DNA of 64,000 nucleotides from Candidatus Woesearchaeota archaeon (GCA_016929895.1 JAFGHW010000001.1:135-64134), one strand, 5' to 3'. Positions 1-9,831 are shown, counted from the stretch's first letter. Made by a program: numbers and translations. The notes: generated by a model not told the origin, from the letters alone.

Positions 1-309
1 ATTGCAGCACCAGTAACCTATCTCAGCAGTTCTGTCAACGCAATTATTAGAACCAAAACGATTAACCATTTCACTATAAATCGCTTCATATTCATATCCC
101 TTAGGAATTTTACCTTCGCCTATTAATCTTTCACATAACATTACTGGCTGAGAATAAGTCATTCCACTGCTCTGAACAAATTTTTGTCCTCCTGATTTAA
201 AAGCAACATTGCCTGTGGTGCTTGTATCATACAAAAAATAAATACCGCCTAAAGAAACAACTGCAATAAGAAGAAGAACAACAAATGGCTGGTTTTTTAC
301 GTCCATAAA
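1..309 (-). CDS. Partial gene (start codon at 309, C-terminus runs off the window edge). Small secreted/membrane protein with an N-terminal hydrophobic segment (MDVKNQPFVVLLLIAVVSLGGIYFLY...).
   Basis: Reverse-complement reading from ATG at 309 gives an open frame to position 1 with a signal-anchor-like N-terminus. No stop within the window. Confidence 0.35.
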
Positions 310-571
310 ATCACCTCAAAATAAATATTTTAACTAATTGAAGTTAAACAACTATATAAACATTTCTTTAAAGCAAAGACCAGCGGCGCGCAATCTCTGC
401 AGCCAATTTTATTCTATCAATGCTGGAATGTTCAAGAATATTGCTTCTAATACTGTATCTCAGCCTAATTTTCATTTCAGGCTTCATAATTCATCACCCC
501 ACATGAGCATAATAGAATAACTAGTATATAAATTTTTTGACAGCTTCAAAAAAAAGAAAAAAGAAGGCGAA

Positions 572-722
572 TCACGCCTTTCCAATTATTCTAAAAACTT
601 TTGTACCACACTTAGGGCAAGTGCCTTTCGCTGCTTTCATCTTATTTTTCATAACAACGACCTTAGGATCTTTTATCTTAACCTGCTTTTTACACTTCAT
701 GCATCTTCCTTCATAATCTGCC
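572..722 (-). CDS. Small zinc-ribbon protein, DUF5679-like (~50 aa, two CxxC pairs; MADYEGRCMKCKKQVKIKDPKVVVMKNKMKAAKGTCPKCGTKVFRIIGKA).
   Basis: Manual translation of the minus strand. Below the ORF-track size cutoff. CxxC...CxxC spacing matches a family of small archaeal zinc-ribbon proteins. Confidence 0.45.
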
Positions 723-790
723 ATAATTATTCACCCCAAAGATTATTTTATACTTAATAATAGTATCTAGTATATAAAACTTTCTCAGAA

Positions 791-1366
791 TCACGTATCT
801 ACGAATAACCTGTGCTTTTCTTTGCCGCTAACTTCATTTAAAATACGCTTAATAACAGCCTTTTCAGGGTTAGGCAAGAGCTTAATACGACTCTTTAAAT
901 CTTTAAAGCTCTCAAAAGGCTTATCTTTTCGTTTTTCCAGTATCTCCCACATATGTTTCTTGCCAAGACCAGGAATAAGTTCTAACTGATGCATACGAGT
1001 AGTTAATGGCTGTGCCTTGTTAAAAAACTCAATAAAGGTTTTTTCGTTTTTTAAAACAATATCCTTAATAACATAGTCTAACTCATTTTTAGCAGTGGCA
1101 GTCAGCTTGTCTAATACTAACTTGCCCATAATATGATGAATCTTGTCTCTTTTACCCTCGCCAATATAAATCTCTTCATAAGGCTGCAAAAAAATATCCT
1201 TCTTAGGAACTAATTCCAAAAGAACAAACCTTGATTTGCCTATTGCCTGAACTATAGGACTTTTTTTATGAGACGGCCGCTTATCAAAAGGATAGCCATT
1301 GGGCAAGAAATCTAGAACAACCGCGTACTCTTCTTTCATCTGTTGTTTTTCTCTTGCTATTTCCAT
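791..1366 (-). CDS. DUF655/COG1491-family predicted nucleic-acid-binding protein (OB-fold + helix-hairpin-helix).
   Basis: ORF-track protein with LELIPGLGKK HhH-like motif. Conserved archaeal neighbourhood with rpoF and rpl21e. Confidence 0.55.
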   Translation of the reverse strand: MEIAREKQQMKEEYAVVLDFLPNGYPFDKRPSHKKSPIVQAIGKSRFVLLELVPKKDIFLQPYEEIYIGEGKRDKIHHIMGKLVLDKLTATAKNELDYVIKDIVLKNEKTFIEFFNKAQPLTTRMHQLELIPGLGKKHMWEILEKRKDKPFESFKDLKSRIKLLPNPEKAVIKRILNEVSGKEKHRLFVDT

Positions 1367-1475
1367 CGCTATTAAACCAGTTATTCATATTTTACAAACC
1401 CAACTATCTAAATTAGTCTAAAACAGATTTAGTATATAAACTTTATGCTTAATTAACTATAAAACAAAAAAAAAC

Positions 1476-1832
1476 TTATTTTTTAGAACCAGAAACAACC
1501 TCTTTGATGGCCTGGGCAATTTTTTTTGTATCATCTTTTTTCAAATTTAATGTATACCCCTGCAAAATTACATTCACATCTTCTTCAGAAGCAGGAAGAA
1601 CATCTATTAATTTCTGAATATGAACTTCTTTTAATCGAATGATTTTAAGTTTTTCTAATTCAGTTTTAAGCTCATTAGCCTGCGTTAAACTCAATTTAAC
1701 AACAGGATTCAAATAATCAACTGTCTTCTGCGCCCTGAAATTCAATTCTTGGTCGCGCTTTTGAACCTTTTTAAGCTCTTCTTTAACCTCAACTAAATTC
1801 ATAGGTATTTCATTAATTATTTTGCTTTTCAT
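1476..1832 (-). CDS. rpoF: DNA-directed RNA polymerase subunit F (Rpo4/RpoF).
   Basis: ~118 aa helical protein immediately downstream of L21e, in the conserved archaeal L21e-RpoF-DUF655 arrangement. Sequence resembles Rpb4/RpoF. Confidence 0.6.
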   Translation of the reverse strand: MKSKIINEIPMNLVEVKEELKKVQKRDQELNFRAQKTVDYLNPVVKLSLTQANELKTELEKLKIIRLKEVHIQKLIDVLPASEEDVNVILQGYTLNLKKDDTKKIAQAIKEVVSGSKK

Positions 1833-2122
1833 TTTGATGCTTTAAGATGCACAGGATGCACAATAACCTCCTTTGGCTTATTTTGGTCCTTAATCTGGAC
1901 TAAATAACAATCACCGCGCTTAGATTTGATTATTCCTTTATGACCATAAAATCTCAAATGGCAAATTCCCTTTTGATATGCCGGCTCTGGCTTAATAACC
2001 ACCTTATCTCCTTTCTTGTATGTAGAAAGAAAAGAAGTCAAGCTAATCTTGCCTTTTTTTCTAAAGTGCTTTGACATCAGCTTTCTGGTTTTTCTTCGCG
2101 TAGTCCCTTTTCTACTGCCCAT
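1829..2122 (-). CDS. rpl21e: 50S ribosomal protein L21e.
   Basis: Basic N-terminus. KGDKVVI...HLRFYGHKGII...VHPVHLK matches the L21e family signature. Confidence 0.8.
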   Translation of the reverse strand: MGSRKGTTRRKTRKLMSKHFRKKGKISLTSFLSTYKKGDKVVIKPEPAYQKGICHLRFYGHKGIIKSKRGDCYLVQIKDQNKPKEVIVHPVHLKASK

Positions 2123-2286
2123 AATAATTTTAGAGTTAATGCCTATTTAAAAAGGTTATGTTTTTATAAAACAACAAGACAAAAAATTTTATATAGAGCT
2201 ATAACTCTATTTTAGACAAGCAAAACATTTATATATATGCCATCCAATACTATTCCCAAGTAAGGATAAAACAGGAGGTTACGAGA

Positions 2287-2676
2287 ATGAAAAATTTCTT
2301 CTCTTCACTAAAGGCTAAAATTACAGGACCCGGCTATGAAGAAATGGATTCTGGCGAACCAGAATATGTAGAGCTTGATCATGATAACACAGAATCAAAA
2401 ACAAAAGTAGTAGTGCGACCTTTTCAACTTGATGATTTTGAAGATATCAAACCAATACTAGATTCTTTACGAGAAGGATATACAATTGCCCTAGTGAATA
2501 TCAGACCCTTGAAAGACAGAGACCTGATAGAATTAAAACGAGCAATAAATAAATTGAAAAAAACAACAGATGCAATAGAAGGAGAAATCGCAGGATTTGG
2601 AGAGGACTACATTATCGTAACACCAGCATTTGCAACGATACACAAAACAAAACAGTCAAATATAATGAAAGAATAA
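2287..2676 (+). CDS. sepF: Cell division protein SepF homologue (DUF552).
   Basis: VVVRPFQLDDFEDIKPILDSLREGYTIALVNI...IEGEIAGFGEDYIIVTP matches the SepF core. AGGAGG SD 10 nt upstream. Confidence 0.7.
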   Translation: MKNFFSSLKAKITGPGYEEMDSGEPEYVELDHDNTESKTKVVVRPFQLDDFEDIKPILDSLREGYTIALVNIRPLKDRDLIELKRAINKLKKTTDAIEGEIAGFGEDYIIVTPAFATIHKTKQSNIMKE

Positions 2677-2698
2677 TTCTTATTTTTTCCGCAGGAAA

Positions 2699-2935
2699 AT
2701 GAGCGAAGATAAAAGAGCACAATCTGTTGTTCAACTTGTAATAGAAGATGAAGAAATTCCCTTACTAGACAACCCTGGAAATTGGAATATATTTTTTAAT
2801 CCGTTAAAACCCAATGAAGAAAATTATTTTAAATGGATTCCACATTATGAGGTTGCAACACAAATAAGAAAAATACTCTTGAGAGAAGGAAAATCATATC
2901 AAAAAATATTAGAAAAAATATACCTTAATTCATAA
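2699..2935 (+). CDS. Hypothetical protein (78 aa).
   Basis: ORF co-directional with flanking genes. No recognisable motifs. Confidence 0.3.
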   Translation: MSEDKRAQSVVQLVIEDEEIPLLDNPGNWNIFFNPLKPNEENYFKWIPHYEVATQIRKILLREGKSYQKILEKIYLNS

Positions 2936-2976
2936 AAACAAAAAGATTTAAAAACTAATTCTTCATAATTAATATT

Positions 2977-3525
2977 ATGTCGAAGAAAAAGAAAGAACAA
3001 GCAAATACTTTGGGCGGACAATTATGTCCAATGTGCAGAAAAAAAACACTTACATTGTCCGAAGCAAAAATAGAAGCACCATATTTTGGAAACATATTTG
3101 TATTTTCTATGAACTGCTCCAACTGCAAATACCGCAAAGCAGACCTGGAAGCAGAAGAAAAAAAAGAACCATGCAAATATACTTTTGAAGTAAAAGATAA
3201 AAAAGACTTGAATGTCCGCGTAATCAAAAGCGCAGAAGCATCAGTAAAAATACCACATATAGGAAAAATGGAGCCCGGGCCTGCGTCTGAAGGATTTATC
3301 ACAAATATAGAAGGTTTGATAAAAAAATTCAAAGAACAAATTGAGCAACTCCGGGACACAGAAGAAGATCCTTCTGAAAAGAAAAAAGCAAAAAATCTTC
3401 TCAAAAAAATACAAAAGGTACTATGGGGCTCTGAAAAATTGAAAATAATAATAGAAGACCCGACAGGAAATTCTGCAATTATTTCCAACAAAGCCGTGAA
3501 AAGCAAACTAAAAGGAGGCGCCTAA
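2977..3525 (+). CDS. ZPR1-type zinc-finger protein (COG1779 C4 zinc finger).
   Basis: CPMC...CSNC Cys pairs with the ZPR1 zinc finger + beta-helix arrangement. Preferred over the mirror ORF 2955..3506(-), which is low-complexity. Confidence 0.65.
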   Translation: MSKKKKEQANTLGGQLCPMCRKKTLTLSEAKIEAPYFGNIFVFSMNCSNCKYRKADLEAEEKKEPCKYTFEVKDKKDLNVRVIKSAEASVKIPHIGKMEPGPASEGFITNIEGLIKKFKEQIEQLRDTEEDPSEKKKAKNLLKKIQKVLWGSEKLKIIIEDPTGNSAIISNKAVKSKLKGGA

Positions 3526-3527
3526 CA

Positions 3528-3701
3528 ATGAAAAATTTTTCCCGCAAACCAAAAATAAAAATTGATTTTAAGCTTGCAGATGATTTCTTAAATTTAAAAA
3601 CTTTAGACACAAACATTATCATCAAAAAAATAGAAGATAATATCAAACTGCGCGAAATGAAAATAGAAAAACGCATCGAAAAAGAAATTTTCAAAAAATA
3701 A
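3528..3701 (+). CDS. Possible small Lys-rich protein (57 aa).
   Basis: ATG 2 nt after the ZPR1 stop, preceded by AGGAGG. Below the ORF-track cutoff. Composition-only support. Confidence 0.2.
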   Translation: MKNFSRKPKIKIDFKLADDFLNLKTLDTNIIIKKIEDNIKLREMKIEKRIEKEIFKK

Positions 3702-3775
3702 TTCTTTTATAACCACATTCCATAATCTTTAAATAGTTCTGCCGCCTATTTTTAAATACTAAAAAAGGTGGGCAA

Positions 3776-4405
3776 ATGAAAGTAGATACCAAAAAATTAA
3801 GAGATATACAACGCAAAATTGCCAAGGAAATAAGAACTTCAGATGAAATAAAAAAAGAAGATGTGCATAAAATTGCGGGATTTGAAACCGCATTTGCCGG
3901 CGATAAAATAATCTGCGCAGCTGTTGTTCTTGACGCTAAAACATTTGAAGTTATTGAAAAAAAGCATACTATTTCCAAAATTCCAATGCAATACATCCCC
4001 GGATTTTTAGCATTCCGCGAAGGGCCGGCGATAATGCAAACATATTATTCATTAGAATTTGAACCAGAAGTATTAATGATACCTGGACATGGTGTTGCGC
4101 ATCCATTGAAATGCGGGCTTGCTTCATACATAGGGGTCGAGTTAGAAAAAGCAACAATAGGCGTTTGTAAAAAAATATTAGTCGGCGAAGTAAAAAAAGG
4201 AAAATTAATAATTCTAAATGAAACCCGCGGAGAAGAAGTTACAACCCGCGAGCACGCAAAACCGCTCTATGTTTCGGCAGGGCATATGATTTCATTAAAA
4301 AATTCTGTGGACTTAGTTAAAAAAAGCATTATTCCTCCCCATAAACTGCCCGAACCGCTGCATGAAGCGCGGAAATATGCCAAGAAAATTATTAATGAAC
4401 TGTAA
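3776..4405 (+). CDS. nfi: Endonuclease V (deoxyinosine 3' endonuclease).
   Basis: IAGFETAF...YIPGFLAFREGP...PGHGVAHP...GLASYIGV...TIGVCKK align with conserved Nfi motifs. Confidence 0.85.
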   Translation: MKVDTKKLRDIQRKIAKEIRTSDEIKKEDVHKIAGFETAFAGDKIICAAVVLDAKTFEVIEKKHTISKIPMQYIPGFLAFREGPAIMQTYYSLEFEPEVLMIPGHGVAHPLKCGLASYIGVELEKATIGVCKKILVGEVKKGKLIILNETRGEEVTTREHAKPLYVSAGHMISLKNSVDLVKKSIIPPHKLPEPLHEARKYAKKIINEL

Positions 4406-5066
4406 TCCTTAGTTGCTTAAGCTTTCTATGCAAAGTCTCAAATCTCAAACCAATCTTTTTAGCTGTTTTAGAAATATTATTATTATTTTCTTTTAATGCT
4501 TTCTTTAAATATGCTTTTTCAAACTCTTTTTCTGCTGCAGACAAGGTTAAAGGAGACTTTGGCAATTCCCTCGCAATATTTTTTGAAATCGACGGAGCAT
4601 GCTTATAAAACTCCTTAAGTTTAGTTGGATTCAAAGCAGACTTATATGTTTCAACAGTTTCCTCGACAATATTCTGAACAGCCTCGTGTTTGGTGTATTC
4701 TTCTTTTTTAAATTCTTTTCTAAATTGATCAATCTTAATCTTTAATTCTATAACCAAACGATGAACAGACCGCCTGTCCAAACCAGAAATTTTCGCAACA
4801 TCAGAAATATTTCCTGAATGAGATTTCAACAATCTATGCAAATACATTTTTTTAAAATTCTTTTTTGCTTTTTTAAAAGAAATTTTAGTATCGATTTCAA
4901 ATTCAATTAAAGGAGAATGTTTTATTTTATCAGAAATATCTTCTTCTATCTCGGTTATAGTTACACCTAAAAAATCATGCATCGCCTTTTCAAGAATAGG
5001 CTTGACACGCTTTTTAACAATTAATTCTAGCTCCTGTTTAGTTGTCATTATCGAGAATAAAATCAA
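4392..5066 (-). CDS. DNA-binding protein with two Fis/NtrC-type helix-turn-helix motifs (putative transcription regulator). An alternative start at Met7 (5048) is possible.
   Basis: GNISDVAKISGLDRRSVHRLV and NISKTAKKIGLRFETLHRKLKQL resemble HTH_8 motifs. Confidence 0.4.
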   Translation of the reverse strand: MILFSIMTTKQELELIVKKRVKPILEKAMHDFLGVTITEIEEDISDKIKHSPLIEFEIDTKISFKKAKKNFKKMYLHRLLKSHSGNISDVAKISGLDRRSVHRLVIELKIKIDQFRKEFKKEEYTKHEAVQNIVEETVETYKSALNPTKLKEFYKHAPSISKNIARELPKSPLTLSAAEKEFEKAYLKKALKENNNNISKTAKKIGLRFETLHRKLKQLRITVH

Positions 5067-5110
5067 TTAAGTATATAAAGATTATGATAAAAATGTCGCA
5101 CATGAAAGAA

Positions 5111-5203
5111 CGGGTCCAGAGGGCTTCGATCCCCCGACCACTCGGTTTCCTCCAAAACAAATTGCTAAGAGCCGAGTGCTCTACCAGACTGAGCTATGGA
5201 CCC
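5111..5203 (-). tRNA. tRNA-Lys (anticodon CTT) with a ~19-nt intron at the canonical 37/38 position.
   Basis: Minus-strand fold reads acceptor GGGTCCA/TGGACCC, D-arm GCTC..GAGC, anticodon stem CTCGG/CCGAG, loop CTCTTA(A). The intron lies between the loop and the 3' stem half. T-stem is GGGGG/CCCTC. Confidence 0.75.
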
Positions 5204-5295
5204 ATAGTATTCAAAACTATTATTTCTAATTTAAACCTTTTGGTCAAAACAAAAAAAGAAATGTTTATATACTAAAAAAAGAAATAACAAACCAA

Positions 5296-5538
5296 ATGAC
5301 CAAGAAAAAAATATTAACACAAAACGAAAAAGAGGACATACCAAAAAACATAGTGGTTCTTGTTCTAATGATAGCAATAATAGTATCAGTAACAGGAACA
5401 TGGATGGTTATGGACTCTATACATGGACTAGAAACCGGTGCATCAGTATCAAATAACATCGGTCCGGCAAAAACAATAGCACTAAATATAGAATATGATA
5501 ACACAACACAAGAGGCAGAAAATGGAAATATCAAATAA
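5296..5538 (+). CDS. Small membrane protein (N-terminal TM helix ...VVLVLMIAIIVSVTGTW).
   Basis: ORF track. Paralogous to the adjacent gene. Confidence 0.35.
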   Translation: MTKKKILTQNEKEDIPKNIVVLVLMIAIIVSVTGTWMVMDSIHGLETGASVSNNIGPAKTIALNIEYDNTTQEAENGNIK

Positions 5539-5731
5539 AACACTTCTAGTTCTTGTTCTAATTGCGATAATAGTATCATTAACAGGAACTTGGCTAAGCC
5601 TAAGCAAACTGCAAACAATAACAGGAAAAGTGACTTTGTCACAACAAGAGCAAACACAATTCCACAAAGAAGCAGGCGCACAAACAGACTGCGAAAAATG
5701 CTTGACTCTTTGCAAACAAAGCACATCATAA
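5522..5731 (+). CDS. Small membrane protein, paralogue of 5296..5538 (LLVLVLIAIIVSLTGTW). The start is taken at the internal Met of track ORF 5495..5731.
   Basis: Shared TM-helix sequence with the upstream neighbour. SD-like GAGGCA before the ATG. Confidence 0.35.
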   Translation: MEISNKTLLVLVLIAIIVSLTGTWLSLSKLQTITGKVTLSQQEQTQFHKEAGAQTDCEKCLTLCKQSTS

Positions 5732-5844
5732 AATGACTCTCTACTAAAACCACAACCTTTATAAATGACTTTTTATTTGAATTCTACGGAGAGAGAAGGA
5801 GAGGAGAAAAAAAAGAACTGTCTTCTCACCTAATAAAAGGTGCT

Positions 5845-6198
5845 ATGAAAACAAAACAATTATTACCAAGTCAACGAGAAAAGAAAAGATACTTGGCATT
5901 TGAGATTATCTCAAAAAACAGCATCAAGCAAGTATCAACTATATTTAGCACGATATTAGATGCAGTATTATCCTTTTCAGGACAAAAAGGAGCTGCACAA
6001 GCAGGAATAATAATTATAGAAAATAAATACAACAAAGAAAAACAAAGAGGCCTAATACGAGTAAACAACAAAATGACCGATGTTCTAAAAGCAGCACTGA
6101 TGCTGATAAAAGAAATAAGCGGAGAGCCGGTAGTAATAAAATCAATTGCTACAAGCGGCATCCTAAAAAAAGCTGAAAAGCATATCAAAGGAGCGTGA
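5845..6198 (+). CDS. rnp2: RNase P protein component 2 (Pop5/Rpp14 homologue).
   Basis: N-terminal LPSQREKKRYLAFEII matches the archaeal Pop5 signature. Sits immediately upstream of psmA, as in the exosome superoperon. Confidence 0.7.
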   Translation: MKTKQLLPSQREKKRYLAFEIISKNSIKQVSTIFSTILDAVLSFSGQKGAAQAGIIIIENKYNKEKQRGLIRVNNKMTDVLKAALMLIKEISGEPVVIKSIATSGILKKAEKHIKGA

Positions 6199-6202
6199 TA
6201 AA

Positions 6203-6934
6203 ATGCAACCAATGCCACATCAATTAATGGGATATGACCGTGCGATAACCATGTTTTCCCCAGACGGAAGATTATTACAAGTAGAATACGCTAAAAAAAC
6301 AGTAAAACAAGGAAGCACTGCAATGGGAATTTCATGCAAAGACGGCGTACTAATCATCGCTGACAAAAGGATAGTCGACAAACTAATCATACCAGAAAGC
6401 GTTGAAAAAATATTCAAAATAGACGAACATATGGGTGCAACTGCATCAGGAATATTATCAGACGCAAGAGTCCTAATAGAAAGAGCGCAATTAAGCGCAC
6501 AACAACATACAGTAACATACGGAACAGCGATAGATACAATAAGCATTGTAAAGGATATATGCTCTCTAAAACAAATATGCACGCAATCAGGCGGGCTAAG
6601 ACCATTTGGAGTGAGCATAATACTCGCAGGGATAGACACAGACGGCCCAAAAATATATGAAACCGACCCGACGGGAATATACTTTAGATACAAAGCAACA
6701 GTAATAGGAGAAGGAGAAACAGAAATAGAAGAAATATTTGAAAAAGAATACAAAGAAACAATGACAATAAATGACGCCCTGAAAATGGCAGTGAAAGCCT
6801 TGAACCAGGTTCTTGAAAAAAACTTTCATGTAGACAGAATAGACGCAGCATACATTAAAACAGAAGACAAAAAATTAACTTCCATCAAACCAGAGATAAT
6901 CGAAAAAGTGTTTAAGGAGATAAAAAAGAAATGA
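6203..6934 (+). CDS. psmA: Proteasome subunit alpha.
   Basis: YDRAITMFSPDGRLLQVEYA N-terminal signature and overall 20S alpha-subunit similarity. Confidence 0.9.
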   Translation: MQPMPHQLMGYDRAITMFSPDGRLLQVEYAKKTVKQGSTAMGISCKDGVLIIADKRIVDKLIIPESVEKIFKIDEHMGATASGILSDARVLIERAQLSAQQHTVTYGTAIDTISIVKDICSLKQICTQSGGLRPFGVSIILAGIDTDGPKIYETDPTGIYFRYKATVIGEGETEIEEIFEKEYKETMTINDALKMAVKALNQVLEKNFHVDRIDAAYIKTEDKKLTSIKPEIIEKVFKEIKKK

Positions 6935-7623
6935 CTGAAGTAATGAATCTTGCAAAATGGAAAAAAGGATCAGACAATTTTGAAATAGTTATAAATCCTG
7001 ACAAAGCAATGAACTTTAAAAAAGGAATTGGAGACATACGCGACGTCCTTGTTTACCCAAAAATATTTTCAGATGCAAAAAAAGGCATGACTGCTCCTGA
7101 AAGCAGACTAAAAACAATATTCGGCACAGAAGATGCAAATGAAGTTGCCAAAAAAATTATTAAAGAAGGAGAAGTTCAAGTAACAGCCGAATACAGAAAT
7201 GCGCAAGTCCGGCAAAAAAAACAAAGAATTATCGACATAATTCATCGAAACGGAGTAGACCCAAGAACAAATGCACCGCACCCATTAACAAGAATTGAGG
7301 CTGCCTTAGACGAAGCAAAAATAAAAATTGACGAGTACAAGCCTGCAGAAGAACAAGTTCAGGCAATACTCAAAAAAATCCTTCCAATAATACCAATAAA
7401 ATTCGTAAAAAAAGAAATACAAATAACAATATCTGCAGAATATGCCGGCAAAAGTTATCAAACAGTAAAACAAACTGGAAAAGTCCTAAAAGAATCCTGG
7501 AATAATGACGGCTCGTGGACCGGGCTGGTTGAAATACCTGGGGGCATGGAGCAAGAACTATATGATAAACTAAACAGCATAACGCACGGAACAATACAAG
7601 CAGAAGTAAAACAAGTAAAATAA
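6931..7623 (+). CDS. sdo1: Ribosome maturation protein SBDS/Sdo1.
   Basis: FEIVINPDKA...DPRTNAPHP...SWTGLVEIPGG match SBDS family motifs. Conserved position between psmA and rrp4. Confidence 0.8.
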   Translation: MTEVMNLAKWKKGSDNFEIVINPDKAMNFKKGIGDIRDVLVYPKIFSDAKKGMTAPESRLKTIFGTEDANEVAKKIIKEGEVQVTAEYRNAQVRQKKQRIIDIIHRNGVDPRTNAPHPLTRIEAALDEAKIKIDEYKPAEEQVQAILKKILPIIPIKFVKKEIQITISAEYAGKSYQTVKQTGKVLKESWNNDGSWTGLVEIPGGMEQELYDKLNSITHGTIQAEVKQVK

Positions 7624-7638
7624 TAGGAGGCTATAATC

Positions 7639-8358
7639 ATGGCAGAAACGCTCAAAATAAAAAACAAAGAAATCGTGGTTCCTGGAGAAACACTTGCTGA
7701 AGGAATGGGATTTCTACCAAGCAGAGGAACATACAGAGATGAAAAAACAATCAAGGCCCAAAAAATGGGCATGATAAGTATAGACGGAAAAGTAATCAAA
7801 CTAATTCCATTAACCGGAGCATATGTTCCAAAAGTCGGCGACAAAATTATAGCCAAAATAATAGACATAATGATGTCAGGATGGAGAGTAGACACAAGAA
7901 GTGCATACTCCGCAGTCTTGGGACTAAAAGATGCAACTTCTGATTATATCGCAAAAGGAGCAGACCTGACACAATATTTTGGTTTGGGCGATTATATATT
8001 AACACAAATAACAAATGTAACATCACAAAGACTAATAGATGTAACAATGAGAGGACCCGGCCTAAGAAAACTCAGGGGCGGAAGAATAATAACAATTAAT
8101 TCTCACAAAGTGCCAAGAGTAATCGGAAAAGAAGGAAGCATGGTAACAATGATAAAACAAGCAACAGAATGCAATATATTAGTAGGCCAAAATGGACGAA
8201 TATGGATAAATGGAGAACCAGACAAAGAAGTGCTTGCAGAAGAAACCATAAAAAAAATCGAAGAAGAAGCACATACAGAAGGCCTAACAGACAATATAAA
8301 AAAATTTCTAGAAAAAAAAACAGGGAAAAAAATCGCAGTAAAAGGTGAAACACAATGA
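7639..8358 (+). CDS. rrp4: Exosome complex component Rrp4 (S1 + KH domains).
   Basis: VVPGE..LPSRGTY...GDKIIAKI (S1) and RVIGKEGSMVTMIKQATECNILVGQNGRIWI (KH). Confidence 0.85.
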   Translation: MAETLKIKNKEIVVPGETLAEGMGFLPSRGTYRDEKTIKAQKMGMISIDGKVIKLIPLTGAYVPKVGDKIIAKIIDIMMSGWRVDTRSAYSAVLGLKDATSDYIAKGADLTQYFGLGDYILTQITNVTSQRLIDVTMRGPGLRKLRGGRIITINSHKVPRVIGKEGSMVTMIKQATECNILVGQNGRIWINGEPDKEVLAEETIKKIEEEAHTEGLTDNIKKFLEKKTGKKIAVKGETQ

Positions 8359-9053
8359 AAAGAAATGACGGAAGAAAAAACGACCAACTAAGACCAATCA
8401 CAGCAAAAGTAGGAGTCATCAAAAATGCAGACGGAAGCGCAATGTTCAAGCTAGGCGGAACAACAGCATACTCAGCAGTATACGGACCAAGAGACTTATA
8501 CCCAAGATTTAAGCAGGATCCTGAAAAAGGACTATTACGATGCGATTACAATATGATGCCATTCTCAGGCCATGGCGAAAGAGTAAGGCCTGGAGGAGGA
8601 AGACGGTCAAAAGAAATCTCAATGGTAACACAAAATGCATTATTGCCGGTAATAAACCTAAAAGGCTATCCAAATGCAGTTGTTGATGTTTTCATTGAAT
8701 TAACAGAAACAGACGCAGGAACCAGATGCGCGGGAATAACCGCAGCATCAATGGCGCTAGCTGATGCAGGAATAGAAATGAAAGACTTAGTAATTTCATT
8801 ATCAGTAGGCATGCTGGACGGACAATTGCTTGCAGACATAAATGGAAAAGAAGACTGCGAACTAGGAGCAACAGACATACCAATTGCGTACATACCATCG
8901 ATGGATAAGATATCCTTATTGCAAATAGACGGAGAAATCAGCAGAGAAGAATTAAAAAAAGCATTGGAATTAGGCAAGAAGAAATGCCTTGAAATCTATG
9001 AAATCCAGAAAAAAGCATTAAAACAGAAATATGCAGCAAAGGTGAAAAAATGA
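8355..9053 (+). CDS. rrp41: Exosome complex exonuclease Rrp41 (RNase PH domain).
   Basis: RNDGRKNDQLRPI...ADGSA...GPR...DAGTRCAGITAASMALADAGI match RNase PH/Rrp41. Confidence 0.85.
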   Translation: MKRNDGRKNDQLRPITAKVGVIKNADGSAMFKLGGTTAYSAVYGPRDLYPRFKQDPEKGLLRCDYNMMPFSGHGERVRPGGGRRSKEISMVTQNALLPVINLKGYPNAVVDVFIELTETDAGTRCAGITAASMALADAGIEMKDLVISLSVGMLDGQLLADINGKEDCELGATDIPIAYIPSMDKISLLQIDGEISREELKKALELGKKKCLEIYEIQKKALKQKYAAKVKK

Positions 9054-9826
9054 TATCAGACCAGAAAGAACACATACTACAGGCCCTAAAAAAAGGAATA
9101 AGATACGACGGACGCAAATTACTAGATTACAGAGATGTAAAAGTAGAAACAGGATTTGTACACGGAGCAGAAGGAAGTGCAAAAGTAACAATAGGAGACA
9201 CAGAAATAATAGCCGGAGTAAAAATAGCAATAGAAAAACCATACCCCGACACTCCAGACAAAGGAAACCTAATGGTAAATGCAGAATTAAGGCCGATGTC
9301 TAATCCTGAATTTGAATCCGGCCCTCCTGGAGAAAAAGCAATAGAGCTGGCAAGAGTAGTAGACAGAGGAATAAGAGAAAGCAAAGCAATAGACCAAGAA
9401 AAACTCTGCATAGAAAAAGGAGAAAAAGTCTGGTCAGTAATGATTGACATAGTTCCATTAAACGCTTCTGGAAACTTACTAGACGCCGGCGCATTAGCAT
9501 CATTAGCCGCGTTAAAAAATACAGTATTCCCGAAATTAACAGAAGACGGAGCCATTAATTACGACGAAAAAACAAAAGACAAACTGCCTCTGCAAAAAGA
9601 ACCAATAGAAATAACAGTTCTTAAAATCGGCGATTATTTTATAGTCGACCCATTGCCAGAAGAAGAAGAATTGCTTGACGCACGATTAACTGCAGCAATA
9701 ACAGCAGACAATAAAATATGCGCTGTACAAAAAGGAGGAAGCGAACCTTTAAGTATCGAGGAAATTGACACAATGGTAGGCATAGCTCAAGACAAGGCAA
9801 AAGAGCTAAGAAAACTCATAAGGTGA
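9050..9826 (+). CDS. rrp42: Exosome complex component Rrp42.
   Basis: RYDGRKLLDYRDVKVETG...GSAKVTIGDTEIIAGVK... with the inactive RNase PH-like fold. Follows Rrp41 with a 4-nt overlap. Confidence 0.85.
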   Translation: MISDQKEHILQALKKGIRYDGRKLLDYRDVKVETGFVHGAEGSAKVTIGDTEIIAGVKIAIEKPYPDTPDKGNLMVNAELRPMSNPEFESGPPGEKAIELARVVDRGIRESKAIDQEKLCIEKGEKVWSVMIDIVPLNASGNLLDAGALASLAALKNTVFPKLTEDGAINYDEKTKDKLPLQKEPIEITVLKIGDYFIVDPLPEEEELLDARLTAAITADNKICAVQKGGSEPLSIEEIDTMVGIAQDKAKELRKLIR

Positions 9827-9831
9827 TTATA

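Noticed and set aside
338-520. 60-aa + strand ORF
   Set aside because: No SD, no motifs, lies between two minus-strand genes. Probably noise.
2955-3506. 183-aa minus-strand ORF mirroring the ZPR1 gene
   Set aside because: Low-complexity F/S-rich translation with no motifs. The + strand ORF has clear ZPR1 zinc-finger features.
5265-5753. 162-aa minus-strand ORF spanning the two small membrane-protein genes
   Set aside because: Hydrophobic mirror translation of the + strand TM helices. The + strand ORFs are paralogous and have SD-like motifs.
6220-6753. Minus-strand ORFs inside psmA (also 6414..6650, 6596..6829)
   Set aside because: They overlap a strongly supported proteasome alpha gene. 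Antisense artefacts.
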